Below, piece by piece: positions 18,071 to 30,879 of a stretch of 64,000 nucleotides of DNA (position 1 is the first letter of the stretch; every line of letters starts with the position of its first letter). The notes below the pieces were generated by a model that had not been told where the DNA came from, did not search any database, and was given only the letters and a program-made list of their open reading frames with translations. This stretch comes from Nanobdellota archaeon (lineage in GTDB: Archaea; Nanobdellota; Nanobdellia; CSSed11-243R1): the NCBI GenBank assembly GCA_021162365.1, contig JAGGYW010000014.1, positions 2,518-66,517 of the forward strand, read 5' to 3'. The translations under genes and the position numbers were made by a program.

Positions 18071-19466
18071 CCATCGCCTCTGAAATCATTATGTGTGGTG
18101 CTGCGCCACCCACAGGGACCATCTGCCCGTTTTTGCCACATCTCCATCCACCAAAAGAAGGTCTTTGATCATTCCCTATTCTCTCTATTTTCATAAGTGT
18201 CTCAAGAATATTTCCTCCAAAAGAAACACCAAGCAACGGCTTTGTTATTTCTCCTTTCTCAATAAGGTATGCCTCCCTAGCATTAAACAAGAAGTTGCCT
18301 GTCGTTGGTTCAACAACACCACCCATTGAATTTTTTGCATAAACACCATACTTAATTCCTTCAAATAATTCTTCAAATTTATAATCCCCATTCGCGAGAA
18401 CAGTATTACTCATTCTTGGAATCTGTAAGTTAGATGCATTTTGTGCCCTGCCATTTCCCGTGGGTTTCATGCCCAGCTTGCTGGCAGTTTCGATAGAGTG
18501 GAGATAGTTGACAAGCTCCCCATTTTTGATAAGCTGTGTATTCTGGGCTTTGACACCCTCATCATCAAACATGTAAAAGCCATGCTCGTGCTTTATCTTT
18601 GGAGTGTCATACAAATTTAGAAATTCGGGAGCTATCTGTTTTCCTAATTTACCAACTAACACAGAACTTTTTTCAATTATGGAATCTGCTTCTGTTGCGT
18701 GCCCAACTGCTTCATGAAAGAAAACATGAGTTAACACAGGATCAACTACAAGAGGGAGTCTACCAGCTGGTGCTTTTTTTGCAACAAAAGAAACTTTAAG
18801 TTTTTCTTCTAACTCATTTATTAATTTTGAAAAGTCTGTTTTCAAAAAAAGCTTGTAATCTCCCACTTTACCTATCCTTTCAAAAGACTGCCTTAACTTA
18901 TCTCTTTTCTTCCCAGTCAGATTGATAAGGAAATTAAAATAAGGTCTTGCTTCATAAACATCTGCTCCAAAAGAGTTAACATACTTTTGTTCTCTTAATA
19001 TAAACGCAGCTTCTATACCCTTATTTTTAAGCTCCTTTAGACTAAATTCATTGTAAAGTTTGAGCATTAGCGCCAACTTATCTTCTATATCAACATCAAA
19101 TGGAGATTTCCCCTTAAACTCAACCTTTGCCTTAGATACAGGAACATTTTCAATTGAAAATTTGTCTGCATCCCTTGCAGAAACTTTTGCTGCTCTAAAT
19201 GCATTTTCAAACAGCTTGTGGAGATTATTTTCGTCATTTGTGTATGCAAAACCCCACGCACCCTTGTAAAATACTCTCACACCTATCTGTTTTGAGGATA
19301 AACTTTGAATTGATTTAACAGAAGAATTTTCCGTAACAATTGCTTCTGCCTTTTGATTAAGAACACGAACATCAATAAACTCTGCGCCTTTGCTCTCAAA
19401 CTTCTTCATTAATGCTCTGTAATTCATAAAAAGAATGAGAAAAAACACATTTAAAATTGTTTCCAC
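18054..19466 (-). CDS. tldD: TldD-family metalloprotease
   Basis: HEAVGHATEAD (HExxxH) is present. The C-terminus GGWRCGKNGQ...GGAAP is characteristic. Confidence 0.7.
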   Translation of the reverse strand: METILNVFFLILFMNYRALMKKFESKGAEFIDVRVLNQKAEAIVTENSSVKSIQSLSSKQIGVRVFYKGAWGFAYTNDENNLHKLFENAFRAAKVSARDADKFSIENVPVSKAKVEFKGKSPFDVDIEDKLALMLKLYNEFSLKELKNKGIEAAFILREQKYVNSFGADVYEARPYFNFLINLTGKKRDKLRQSFERIGKVGDYKLFLKTDFSKLINELEEKLKVSFVAKKAPAGRLPLVVDPVLTHVFFHEAVGHATEADSIIEKSSVLVGKLGKQIAPEFLNLYDTPKIKHEHGFYMFDDEGVKAQNTQLIKNGELVNYLHSIETASKLGMKPTGNGRAQNASNLQIPRMSNTVLANGDYKFEELFEGIKYGVYAKNSMGGVVEPTTGNFLFNAREAYLIEKGEITKPLLGVSFGGNILETLMKIERIGNDQRPSFGGWRCGKNGQMVPVGGAAPHIMISEAMVGGTK

Positions 19467-21374
19467 TTACTTTGAAATTGCTCTCTTTATTTTTGAGAGG
19501 ATTTTTTTCTTACCTCTTGGCCACTTCAAAGCATACTCTAAAACCTGTGCAATGTTCTCAACAGGAATTATTTTTATTCCCTTCTTGTCAACAAGCACAT
19601 CCTTTTCATTTGACTTTGGAATTAAAACAACTTTAATTCCGGCTTCCTTCGCTGCTTCTATTTTGGCATTAACTCCACCTATAGGAAGAACTTCTCCACG
19701 AATTGAAAGAGAGCCGGTCATTGCAACATCCTGTCTTACAGGAATCTTTTCGAGCGCAGAAATTACAGCTGTCGCAACAGACACAGACGCAGAATCTCCC
19801 TCTACACCTTCATATGTCTGTAAAAATTGAATATGGATGTCATAATTGCTTAATGACTTACCGGAGTACTTCTTAAATATCGCGCTAACATTCGTAATTG
19901 CTTCCTTAGCGATATCTCCAAGCTTTCCTGTTGCAAGAATTTTGCCCCTTTCTCTTTCCAGAGCAGGAACCACAGATGCCTCAATAGGCAACAAAATCCC
20001 TGAACCAAGCGCGCCACCAATTACTGCAAGCCCATTTACTCTTCCAATTTCAGCACCAGATACTTTGATTATCTGATATTCTTTCTTTTCATGAATGTAC
20101 CTTTCCGCAATCTGTTGCTCCAAAGTTTCTGAAGCACCTTTTGCTTTCCTTATGTGTTCGGGCTTAACATATTTGCTACCTTCTTCTTTTGCTATATCCC
20201 CTGCAACCCTAATTAGACCACCCAAATCTCTTAGCTTTAGAGTTAGATATCCTTTCCTTCCAGCGCGCCTTCTTGCTTCCTTAATTATTTCCAAAACTGC
20301 CTCTTTAGTGAAGTGTGGTATTTTCCCATCTTTTATTACTTCCTGTGCAACAAAACGGGCTAATTTTTCCACATTCTCGGGCATGTCTTTTATTTTATCT
20401 TTCATATACACTTCATACCCACTTCCGCGAATTCTACTTCTCAGCGCAGGATGAATATGACTAACTGTTTCAAGGTTACCAGCAGCAACAAGAATGAAAT
20501 CTGTTGGAACAGGGTCTGTTTTAACCATAGCCCCTGCACTTCTTTCGCTTCTTCCAGTTATAGGATACTTCTTCTCTTGCATAGCAGTTAGAATTTCAAC
20601 CTGCATCTCTGGCTTTAGGGTTGCAATCTCGTCTATAAATAAAACACCACCATTTGCCTTGTGGATTGCTCCTGCAATAACTCTCTCATGTGGTGGTGTC
20701 CCTAATCCACCTGTCTGGAAAGGGTCATGCAAAACATCTCCAAGAAACGCCCCCTCATGCAGGCCAGTAGCATCAACAAAGGGCGCATGAGTTAAGTTAG
20801 AATTATCGATTAATAGCTTAGGTCCAATTAACTTACGCCTTTGCATTTGCAACTTGTAAATCGCATAAAAAATCATGGCGCCCAAGAATATAACTATCAA
20901 AAACATTGTCCCTGAAATTCTATCAGCTGCCTTCAATATGTCACTTGTTTCCTTGTTAACTATCCAATCCAAAACAGTGGACGCAGTGAAAATGGCAACA
21001 AAGATAAGCACAATGAATAACCAACTATTTCTATTTGACATTTGCATTAGCGCTTTTAATCTCGTCTGCTCGATTATCTTCCTGCCCATCCCCGCAGGTA
21101 CAACTTTTATCTTTGGATTATTTTCATCCTTTGGATTTGGCAAACATAAAACATCAACGAGGCGCTCCTTTGGAAGAAGCTCTGCTAGTGCCTGTCCTAT
21201 CAAACTTTTACCAGTACCTGGCTCGCCTATTAGAAGAACATGTCTCCTCTGCCTTGCAGCCTTTTTGATAACATCCACTGCATCTTCTTGTCCTATTACC
21301 TGGTCTATTAATTTATCTGGGACTTTTATATCTGCAGTTGTCTTAAAATTCAAATACTTTGAATCGCTAACCAT
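19467..21374 (-). CDS. lonB: Archaeal membrane-bound Lon protease (LonB)
   Basis: AAA+ Walker [12 protein letters not shown] with two inserted TM helices. The C-terminal Lon proteolytic domain carries the Ser-Lys dyad ([11 protein letters not shown]...NAKIEAA). Confidence 0.85.
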   Translation of the reverse strand: MVSDSKYLNFKTTADIKVPDKLIDQVIGQEDAVDVIKKAARQRRHVLLIGEPGTGKSLIGQALAELLPKERLVDVLCLPNPKDENNPKIKVVPAGMGRKIIEQTRLKALMQMSNRNSWLFIVLIFVAIFTASTVLDWIVNKETSDILKAADRISGTMFLIVIFLGAMIFYAIYKLQMQRRKLIGPKLLIDNSNLTHAPFVDATGLHEGAFLGDVLHDPFQTGGLGTPPHERVIAGAIHKANGGVLFIDEIATLKPEMQVEILTAMQEKKYPITGRSERSAGAMVKTDPVPTDFILVAAGNLETVSHIHPALRSRIRGSGYEVYMKDKIKDMPENVEKLARFVAQEVIKDGKIPHFTKEAVLEIIKEARRRAGRKGYLTLKLRDLGGLIRVAGDIAKEEGSKYVKPEHIRKAKGASETLEQQIAERYIHEKKEYQIIKVSGAEIGRVNGLAVIGGALGSGILLPIEASVVPALERERGKILATGKLGDIAKEAITNVSAIFKKYSGKSLSNYDIHIQFLQTYEGVEGDSASVSVATAVISALEKIPVRQDVAMTGSLSIRGEVLPIGGVNAKIEAAKEAGIKVVLIPKSNEKDVLVDKKGIKIIPVENIAQVLEYALKWPRGKKKILSKIKRAISK

Positions 21375-21414
21375 CTTAGAAAATAAGAAAACAAAATGTT
21401 AAAAATATATCTTT

Positions 21415-21687
21415 TTACTCTGCTTCTTCTGTCTCTGCTTCACTAGGGATTGCTGCTTTCGAGATAATCAAAATATCTCCAACAGCTTTAACTAATTGGT
21501 GTGGAACAATTACTCCCTTTGCTCCAGAGATTGTTTTGCTTAAGTAGCTGCCTCTTGTTGCTTTTATTTTCCAACCAAAGATTTTGTTGTTTTGTATAAT
21601 TATCTCATCTATGTCTCCAAAATATTCTCCTTGGTCTGTGTAAACCTTAATACCATATGTTTTTGAAACTTCCCTTAGCTTCAACAT
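21415..21687 (-). CDS. PRC-barrel domain protein
   Basis: Small 90-aa beta-barrel-like sequence with a GDIDEIII motif. Confidence 0.4.
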   Translation of the reverse strand: MLKLREVSKTYGIKVYTDQGEYFGDIDEIIIQNNKIFGWKIKATRGSYLSKTISGAKGVIVPHQLVKAVGDILIISKAAIPSEAETEEAE

Positions 21688-21722
21688 AATCTTACCTCCT
21701 TTATATGAAAATACAAAAAACT

Positions 21723-22304
21723 CTATGCTTTTAAGTTTTCTGATTCCTCACCAACATGCTGCTTTACCTTCTCCTTCAACTCTGATTCAACAACCTGGAA
21801 ATACTCAAAGAATTTTTCTGTCAGGTCAATGAGTTGTGTGGTCCCATGCTTTTCGGTTATGATAAACCCCATCTTTTCCAACCTTTTTATGTGATCATAC
21901 GCCTTATTACCCCTTACCTTAACAACAGTGGATTGCTTAATGGGTTTATTTGCGGCAATCACTGCAAGAGTTTTAATTAAACTCTTCGGCATTTCCGGGG
22001 GAAGCAAATCCTTAACATTCGGGGTGTGCTCTGGCTTAACAGACATCTTCCAAATTTCACCTTCATTTACCACCTGCACACCTTTTGACTCATCTAAATA
22101 TTCTAATTCAAGCTCATCAAGAATTTTTCTTACTTCTCTTTTATTAATACCAGTTCTCTTAACTATTTCATCTACAGTAAGCCCATTAGTTGCAAAGAGC
22201 AACGCTTCAACTTTTGCTTTATTTTTAGCATGCTCATCCTGCTCTGACATATATCTCACCAAACTCTTCTTCTTGTTCAATTTTAACCTTACCTTTATTT
22301 GCAA
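21723..22304 (-). CDS. scpB: Segregation and condensation protein B (ScpB)
   Basis: Tandem winged helix with conserved VEALLFA...GLTVDEI. The true start is probably MSEQDEH near 22250. It overlaps the scpA 3' end. Confidence 0.7.
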   Translation of the reverse strand: MQIKVRLKLNKKKSLVRYMSEQDEHAKNKAKVEALLFATNGLTVDEIVKRTGINKREVRKILDELELEYLDESKGVQVVNEGEIWKMSVKPEHTPNVKDLLPPEMPKSLIKTLAVIAANKPIKQSTVVKVRGNKAYDHIKRLEKMGFIITEKHGTTQLIDLTEKFFEYFQVVESELKEKVKQHVGEESENLKA

Positions 22305-22911
22305 GATGGATTAATGGTATAAACGTCCAAAGTATATCTTCCCTCTGTTTGCTTGGGACCAAACTTGAAAATTTAATTACATCTTTATTAAATTTTTTAA
22401 AGAAGTCGAGAATCCGTGTATAAAGCAAGGCTATTTTTTCACTCAAATCAATTTTCTTTAATTTTAGTTTAATTTTGACTTCCCTCTGCCTTTGTCTAAA
22501 CTTCCTTTTTTCGCTCACAACAATTGCTTTTCTCAAAGAAGAAATCAGCTCTTCTATTGTCACCTTCCTCTTCTTTGGTTGTGGCACATGCGGATGCAGT
22601 TCATATTCCCCTATTTCTATTTTTTCTTCTTCTTTCTCCTCCTCTACTTCTTCCTGCCTTTTAGCAAGGAGATAGTCTGCTTTCATCTTAAGTAGAATAG
22701 CTGCAGCAAGAATAAATTTCCCAGAAACTCGAATGTCCAACTTCTTCATAAGTTTTATTGCCTCCAAATATTTTCTAACTAGTAAGGAGATATCTATATC
22801 CCATGGATCCAAACCTTCTCCTGCGACAATATCTCTAATCAATCCTTCCCATGTCAAATCTTCAGATAGGATTATATTATACAACTTATCTTCTTGCATA
22901 GTATAATACAA
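22234..22911 (-). CDS. scpA: Segregation and condensation protein A (ScpA kleisin)
   Basis: N-terminal motif W.GLIRDIV...DPWDIDIS, a kleisin-like C-terminus, adjacent to scpB. Confidence 0.7.
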   Translation of the reverse strand: MYYTMQEDKLYNIILSEDLTWEGLIRDIVAGEGLDPWDIDISLLVRKYLEAIKLMKKLDIRVSGKFILAAAILLKMKADYLLAKRQEEVEEEKEEEKIEIGEYELHPHVPQPKKRKVTIEELISSLRKAIVVSEKRKFRQRQREVKIKLKLKKIDLSEKIALLYTRILDFFKKFNKDVIKFSSLVPSKQREDILWTFIPLIHLANKGKVKIEQEEEFGEIYVRAG

Positions 22912-22951
22912 AAGTGCCTTGCTTAAAAACTTTTAATAAAAAAAGAAAAAA

Positions 22952-25249
<2,298 letters not shown>

Positions 25250-25546
25250 CTACGACAAGTCAATTATTATGATTTTTTTCCTAACAGCAGGTCTAACACA
25301 ACGACCAACGCGTCTTAGCTGGATAATCCTCATCTTATTTAATAACTTTAGGTCTTCAAATACATTTTTAACATCTCTGTCAACTATGCTTGCCAATTCT
25401 CTTATTGACCTTGGCTGATTTTCCATGACTGCTCTAATAAGCTCCATGCGCTTCTGTGTTAATGCTTCAAACAACTTCATTTGGCGCTCTATCAAAAGTA
25501 TCTCTCCCCTGTGTTTCGCCATCATCCGCTTAAATATCTCTTCCAT
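25250..25546 (-). CDS. Small HTH transcriptional regulator (possible pilus-locus regulator)
   Basis: PRSIRELASIVDRDVKNVFEDL reads as a helix-turn-helix. It is divergent from the first pilin gene. Confidence 0.35.
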   Translation of the reverse strand: MEEIFKRMMAKHRGEILLIERQMKLFEALTQKRMELIRAVMENQPRSIRELASIVDRDVKNVFEDLKLLNKMRIIQLRRVGRCVRPAVRKKIIIIDLS

Positions 25547-25663
25547 ATTATCACGCGTTGGTGTCTAACACCCACAAACTATTGTTGGTATTTGCAGCCA
25601 ACATTTATAAAGCTTTCGATTTGTCCTGAAGATTTTATAAACTTAGAACAACTTGTTAAATTA

Positions 25664-26299
25664 ATGAAGTCCCAAATGAGCATAGAATTCCTTACGGGTG
25701 TCGTAATAATCCTATTCATCTATGTAATTACAATATCTGTTTTTAGTAACTACGCCCAAACAGACTTGTTAGAAAGCGAAATTGGAAAGCAAATCTGTTA
25801 TAGGGTTTCCCTTGGAATTGACTCGGGTGTTATCGGTGGAGAAAATTTTGCGCTTAACTTAACAATGCCATACGGAATAAATGGGAAGAATTATACAATT
25901 TATACAACCCCTGATAAAGCTCTTGTCACAGTTGAATGGGATGGGGGCATATTCTCTTGCACTACAACAACCCAAAATGTAAGTGAAGTAAGATTTACCC
26001 CATGTAAATTTTCTGTTAATAATATAAACAGAACAATATACTTATCCACATTGTCAACAAACAAAGATGTTTATTCGATAGGAGAAACAGTGGAAATGCG
26101 TGGTGAGGACTTCTTAACAAATGTTACCCTCAAAATCTTTGATAAGGGTAGCAACATTATCTACTCAAATACACTCCAAACAACTGACAGCACATTCACA
26201 GACACATGGCAACCAAACCAAAAGGGAGAATTTAGAATAGTCGCGACAGATAACTATTACAAAACTTTAAATGCGGAAAGGGTGATTTATGTAGTATGA
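25664..26299 (+). CDS. Type IV pilin-like protein (class III signal peptide)
   Basis: MKSQMSIEFLTGVVIILFIYVITI is paralogous to the N-terminus of 26498..27220. The start is moved from 25481 because that extension overlaps the regulator gene. Confidence 0.5.
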   Translation: MKSQMSIEFLTGVVIILFIYVITISVFSNYAQTDLLESEIGKQICYRVSLGIDSGVIGGENFALNLTMPYGINGKNYTIYTTPDKALVTVEWDGGIFSCTTTTQNVSEVRFTPCKFSVNNINRTIYLSTLSTNKDVYSIGETVEMRGEDFLTNVTLKIFDKGSNIIYSNTLQTTDSTFTDTWQPNQKGEFRIVATDNYYKTLNAERVIYVV

Positions 26300-26505
26300 A
26301 AGGGCAAATAATTTCCATGGATTTGTTTATTGCAATAATGATTCTAATGATAATTATAGGTGGTGTTGGAGTAATGATTTACGAGTTTAAAGTCCATGAA
26401 GAGCAAGCCGCGCTTAACAGGGATATGCAACTAAAAGGAGAAGCTGCAATTAATTCTCTTATTTATTCCCCAGGAACAGAAGATTGGGAAGATAAATCTA
26501 AGTAA
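26296..26505 (+). CDS. Small pilin-like protein
   Basis: MKGQIISMDLFIAIMILMIIIGG has a KG-Q prepilin-like cleavage motif and a single hydrophobic helix. Confidence 0.35.
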   Translation: MKGQIISMDLFIAIMILMIIIGGVGVMIYEFKVHEEQAALNRDMQLKGEAAINSLIYSPGTEDWEDKSK

Positions 26506-27220
26506 CTTTAAATACTGCTGCCCCAATAACTTTTGAATCGGGGATCATGGCAGAGATTACCCATCTTCCCAAGGCATTCCCAACAACATAAGACCCACTA
26601 TATGCATTTGTAACACTCACTACAGAAGTTGTAGCTATGGTGCCGTTTGGATAATAAATCGTTAAATTTACATCAGAACTTGCTGAGAAATCGTAGCTTT
26701 CATTTGCAAGATAAAAACTATAGTAAACAGTTTCGCCAGGAGAGAATGTATTATCTTGGTTTTGATAAGATGAGTCATTGTACACCTCCACAACAATACT
26801 TGAAATTGTGTGATCATTAACAAAAACGATTGCACCATACTCTGTCATTTTCACAGTTAAAGTTACTCTACCAGGATTTAATGGGATTGAACCATAAACA
26901 TTAACTTTCGTTGTTTTATACACATCATGAACACTTCCATCTCTAAACCTAAGAGTTACTTCATCCCCATATATGTATGTTCCACTCCTATCAAGGTTAC
27001 TTGGTATAGTAACATAAACTTTTGTTGTGGCACCCACACCCTGCGCATAAACAAGATTTATAGAAGAGATTAACCCCTCAACAACTTGTTGTGCATTAAC
27101 TACATTGATATCACTAAAGTAAGATGTGATGTAATCCACCCCAAAAAAGGAAGCAATCCCTATTAGTACTAAACCGAGAGCCACAATTGACATAAACTCG
27201 ATGGCACTTTGTGATTTCAT
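26498..27220 (-). CDS. Type IV pilin-like protein
   Basis: MKSQSAIEFMSIVALGLVLIG, a class III signal with Glu at +5. Confidence 0.5.
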   Translation of the reverse strand: MKSQSAIEFMSIVALGLVLIGIASFFGVDYITSYFSDINVVNAQQVVEGLISSINLVYAQGVGATTKVYVTIPSNLDRSGTYIYGDEVTLRFRDGSVHDVYKTTKVNVYGSIPLNPGRVTLTVKMTEYGAIVFVNDHTISSIVVEVYNDSSYQNQDNTFSPGETVYYSFYLANESYDFSASSDVNLTIYYPNGTIATTSVVSVTNAYSGSYVVGNALGRWVISAMIPDSKVIGAAVFKVT

Positions 27221-27552
27221 ATACTACCTCCTTTTTCCATTTCCAACTTGCTATCCTTTATCTCCAAGTAAGTACTATTGATGGAGATATCCAGCAAGAA
27301 ATTTTTCTCATAAGTACTATTAACAAAATGTATATAATCTGAAATAGTTGAATTTGTGGCATTTTTTTCAAGAAGATATGTCTTATCGTACTTTATGTCA
27401 TAAAAAGAGGATGCAATTTTATACGCGCCAAGGCGTTGATATTGACTCTCTATAACAAAAGTTTCTCTTTTTGCCTGCAAATTAGAAAAGGTAATCAGAA
27501 CTAACAAAATCAATTGAATTACCAAAATTGTTGATAAAATTCCCTTCTTCAT
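27217..27552 (-). CDS. Minor pilin-like / secreted protein
   Basis: N-terminal KKG followed by a hydrophobic helix. Translationally coupled (ATGA overlaps) within the pilin operon. Confidence 0.3.
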   Translation of the reverse strand: MKKGILSTILVIQLILLVLITFSNLQAKRETFVIESQYQRLGAYKIASSFYDIKYDKTYLLEKNATNSTISDYIHFVNSTYEKNFLLDISINSTYLEIKDSKLEMEKGGSI

Positions 27553-28307
27553 CTTCTCGAATCCGCCTCCACAACAAGCATTCCGTACCTAAAGACATTA
27601 AAGTTATCATATCTTTCTTCTTGGAAACCCCCACCTACTTCTTCAACACTTGCAACCGCAACATACTCATCCACAACCGCATCTGAGGGCACACTAACGT
27701 TAAAAGCGACACTCGTTGACACACCAACTGGGACGATTTGACTCTTCGGGGTTATATTCCAATTAACCTGACTACCAGCACAATCCTCAACCCACAATGT
27801 GAAGTTAAACACTCCCGGAGTTGTCGGATTGCTAAAGTTCACAACAACTGAAACATTCCTGCCTGCAAGCGAAGATGGTGCAGAAACACTAACATTTCCA
27901 CTCTGAGAGCCCAAACCCTCAGTAACCGTAAGTACAAGATATCTTCTCAATACAAAATATTCATCGAAAGAATGCTCCCTCACTTCAAGCTCTTTATTAA
28001 GAGAGGTGCCATTCCATACATAAACTTCAACATTTACGGGGTAGCCAACCTCATCAGCTAAAAACTTTAAATCGTCTAGTGCTCCCGTGGTGTTGCCCAA
28101 TTGATATTTTTTGTATATCTTCGAAATTGCTTCGCTATTATCATATGCACCAAAGTAATTGTCCACATAGCTATACACATTTGCCCCAGAACTACCAAAA
28201 GTAGTAGTAGAAGAGAAAAACTGGTAGAACCCAATCGATGCTGCAATAAATATAGATAGAGCAAGTACTGCATCTAAAGTAAAAATTACTCCCTTCCTCA
28301 CTTCCAA
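27549..28307 (-). CDS. Pilin-like protein with class III signal peptide
   Basis: MEVRKGVIFTLDAVLALSIFIAASIGF shows RKG then a hydrophobic stretch. Confidence 0.4.
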   Translation of the reverse strand: MEVRKGVIFTLDAVLALSIFIAASIGFYQFFSSTTTFGSSGANVYSYVDNYFGAYDNSEAISKIYKKYQLGNTTGALDDLKFLADEVGYPVNVEVYVWNGTSLNKELEVREHSFDEYFVLRRYLVLTVTEGLGSQSGNVSVSAPSSLAGRNVSVVVNFSNPTTPGVFNFTLWVEDCAGSQVNWNITPKSQIVPVGVSTSVAFNVSVPSDAVVDEYVAVASVEEVGGGFQEERYDNFNVFRYGMLVVEADSRR

Positions 28308-29968
28308 ACACCTAGCGAGATTCTAATTACCTCGTATGATGAATTTGTCTTCAACACTGCAATCCTATCAAAAAATATTGCCTTTGAATAACCTCCTTCA
28401 TTAGGCACTGTTTGTGGGAACACACCAGGAGATGTAGAAATTGTTGGGGTAGCTAACCCACCCTTGTCCCTTGCGGAAACACCAGTACCAACTATCCCAT
28501 AAATAACGTCACTAGAGCTTCTGCCAGGAGCAATTCCATAAAATACATTCTTATTATCAACCTTGACGGGTGTACCATCTAAATATTTTACCTCTAAGTA
28601 AAAATCATAATCCCACAAACCTAAAACATTCTTGACACAATAGTAATCTGTATTTAATAACGCTGCCAACTTATCTGCATCAATTATTCCGGGAAGCCTT
28701 GCTAATCCAATCGTTGTAACATTGTTGCATGCTTCAGGTGAAGGTGGTGCAATTGGAGGCGAAACATGTATTGTGCCTAAGTCAACCTCAGAAATAGCAC
28801 CACATTTATTCTTAGCATATACCTTAACAGGTAAATATCCTTCCCTATTCGGATAGACCCTAACAAAATAATATCCATCTAAGTGAGTTCCATTCACTAA
28901 GTGCAATGACATATTTTTACTACCAACTTGAACAATGACTGATTCTATTGGCGGTGGCCCTATTACATGAGCATTTACATTAATGTATTCTCCAAAATGA
29001 ATTTCTGAAGGCGAGAAGTATGCATTAACAATTGTTGGTGGTGGGCAATGGGCTGCAGATACCTTCACAAGCAGCTCTGACTTACTATTCATAGGGAATA
29101 TGAGTGGAAGTAAAGCACTATTATCAGATGCATTTGCATAAATTACATACTCACCCTCTGAGGGGAAAATCACATTCACCACGCAAATTTGTGGTGGGGT
29201 GTATAAATCAAATGCTACAGAACAATTACATAAATTGCCTCCACAAGTAACATTTCCAGACACCGGACTAACACTAACACCCTGTGGGAATTGAATAAAG
29301 ATTGTTCCATTATACACTGTAACTCCGTGGAATCCTCCATAATGACCCGAAACTAAATTAGCAAAATTGGACACCCTAAATGTAACATTATATTCGTTAT
29401 TCGCAGTGATGTTGCCGTCTGCACCCTCTGCTGTAGAAAAGTCAGAGTTGTCTATTTTGAAATCTGTTTGTATGACGGGAGAGGGTTGAGAATATATAGT
29501 TTCCACCCTGCTTTTTGTTGAGCTATCATTAAATTCGACTGTCATCGTAGAATAAATTGTCTTCTTGAAGTTCTTTGGCACAAACGTGTAGTACCACTCT
29601 ACGTAACTTCCAGGTTCAACCCTAATTGGGGCATTCAAATTTGTTTTGACATACTTACCATCAACAACATATACATTTGGAGGGTAATCACCAACATCAT
29701 TCCCAATGAATGAACTGACAACATAATCTATATACCTCTTATACCCACCATTGCGGAATTCCCACTCGTGGGTAAGATTGCTTATGTATACTGGAGATGT
29801 ACCATTGTTATATACAACAAAGTAAACCGTCTCGTTTAACTTAAAATGTAAGGAAGGATTTGGAATACTTTGATAGATTATTACATTATCCGCTTGCAGG
29901 GAGTGTGCAATCCCAAAAACAAAAAACAACAATATGGCTCCGAGGATAGTTTTCATTCTCATACTCAA
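28298..29968 (-). CDS. Large secreted protein (putative pilus-associated adhesin)
   Basis: Sec signal MKTILGAILLFFVFGIAHSLQA. 556 aa with many NxS/T sequons. It is the first gene of the downstream pilin sub-operon. Confidence 0.35.
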   Translation of the reverse strand: MSMRMKTILGAILLFFVFGIAHSLQADNVIIYQSIPNPSLHFKLNETVYFVVYNNGTSPVYISNLTHEWEFRNGGYKRYIDYVVSSFIGNDVGDYPPNVYVVDGKYVKTNLNAPIRVEPGSYVEWYYTFVPKNFKKTIYSTMTVEFNDSSTKSRVETIYSQPSPVIQTDFKIDNSDFSTAEGADGNITANNEYNVTFRVSNFANLVSGHYGGFHGVTVYNGTIFIQFPQGVSVSPVSGNVTCGGNLCNCSVAFDLYTPPQICVVNVIFPSEGEYVIYANASDNSALLPLIFPMNSKSELLVKVSAAHCPPPTIVNAYFSPSEIHFGEYINVNAHVIGPPPIESVIVQVGSKNMSLHLVNGTHLDGYYFVRVYPNREGYLPVKVYAKNKCGAISEVDLGTIHVSPPIAPPSPEACNNVTTIGLARLPGIIDADKLAALLNTDYYCVKNVLGLWDYDFYLEVKYLDGTPVKVDNKNVFYGIAPGRSSSDVIYGIVGTGVSARDKGGLATPTISTSPGVFPQTVPNEGGYSKAIFFDRIAVLKTNSSYEVIRISLGVWK

Positions 29969-30036
29969 AACTTAGCTTCTTAGAGATTATTAATTTTTCT
30001 AAAAGTATTTTAATCATTTTATCCTTATGAAAACAT

Positions 30037-30879
30037 ATGGCTAAAAGGAAAACAACAAAAAAAGCGACAAAGAAGAAAAAGATAAAGAAAAGAGCAGTAA
30101 AAAAAGCAAAAAGCGTGAAAAAAAAGCAAAAAAAGATTTCTAAGGGCATAATTGAACACCTCACGAAGAAGCTAAAGGGGGGAATTGAAAAAAAAGAAAT
30201 TAAAACTAATCACATCTCCAAGGCAATAATTGTAGAGGATTTAATGCTAAGGAACCCCATAACAACAACATCAAACACACCACTATTAGAGGCAATAGAG
30301 CTGCTCACTAAATATAAGCTAAGAAGCATCATAGTTGTGGAAGATAAAACCCCTGTTGGGATACTCACCGAGGAGGGAGTGATTGAGTACATCTCTTCTT
30401 TCGTCAATGTAAAAGAAGAGACATTAGAAGAAAATACAAAAAAACTTGAAAGGCTACTAAAAAAGCCCGTTTCATCTGTTATGATTAAAATTGACAAGTT
30501 TGTGAAAAAAACAACGCCTGTAGAGGCAGCCGTAAAGATAATGAATTCTTACGAAATAGACCAGTTACCTGTCGTAAACAAAAACAATGAACTTGTGGGC
30601 ACAATTATGTTAGATCACATTCTTGAGTTCATAGAAAAAAGCGCGACCGAAAAAGAAATTGTGGGAAGAGAGGTATTGGAAACAGGTATAGACAAACTTT
30701 TAGATTTAGTTGAATCTCAAAAGGAAATCTCCTCAAAAGAAGCCGCTGAAATTCTAAAAATGCCTCTCTCAGAAGTTGAAAAGTTTGCGCGCATCCTAAG
30801 AGAACATGGCTTAATAGATATTGACTTCTCAACAATTGGCACGATAAAACTAATAAAAAAAGAAAGGGAAGAAGTTTAG
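30037..30879 (+). CDS. CBS-pair domain protein with Lys-rich N-terminal tail and C-terminal helical (HTH-like) domain
   Basis: N-terminal KRKTTKKATKKKKIKKRAVKK. Two CBS motifs (IIVEDLMLRNP..., IDQLPVVNKNNELVGTI). It lies on the opposite strand inside the pilus locus. Confidence 0.6.
   Translation: MAKRKTTKKATKKKKIKKRAVKKAKSVKKKQKKISKGIIEHLTKKLKGGIEKKEIKTNHISKAIIVEDLMLRNPITTTSNTPLLEAIELLTKYKLRSIIVVEDKTPVGILTEEGVIEYISSFVNVKEETLEENTKKLERLLKKPVSSVMIKIDKFVKKTTPVEAAVKIMNSYEIDQLPVVNKNNELVGTIMLDHILEFIEKSATEKEIVGREVLETGIDKLLDLVESQKEISSKEAAEILKMPLSEVEKFARILREHGLIDIDFSTIGTIKLIKKEREEV

Noticed and set aside
25481-25663. N-terminal extension of the first pilin ORF
   Set aside because: It overlaps the minus-strand HTH regulator gene and lacks pilin features. 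The class III signal peptide starts at M62 (25664).
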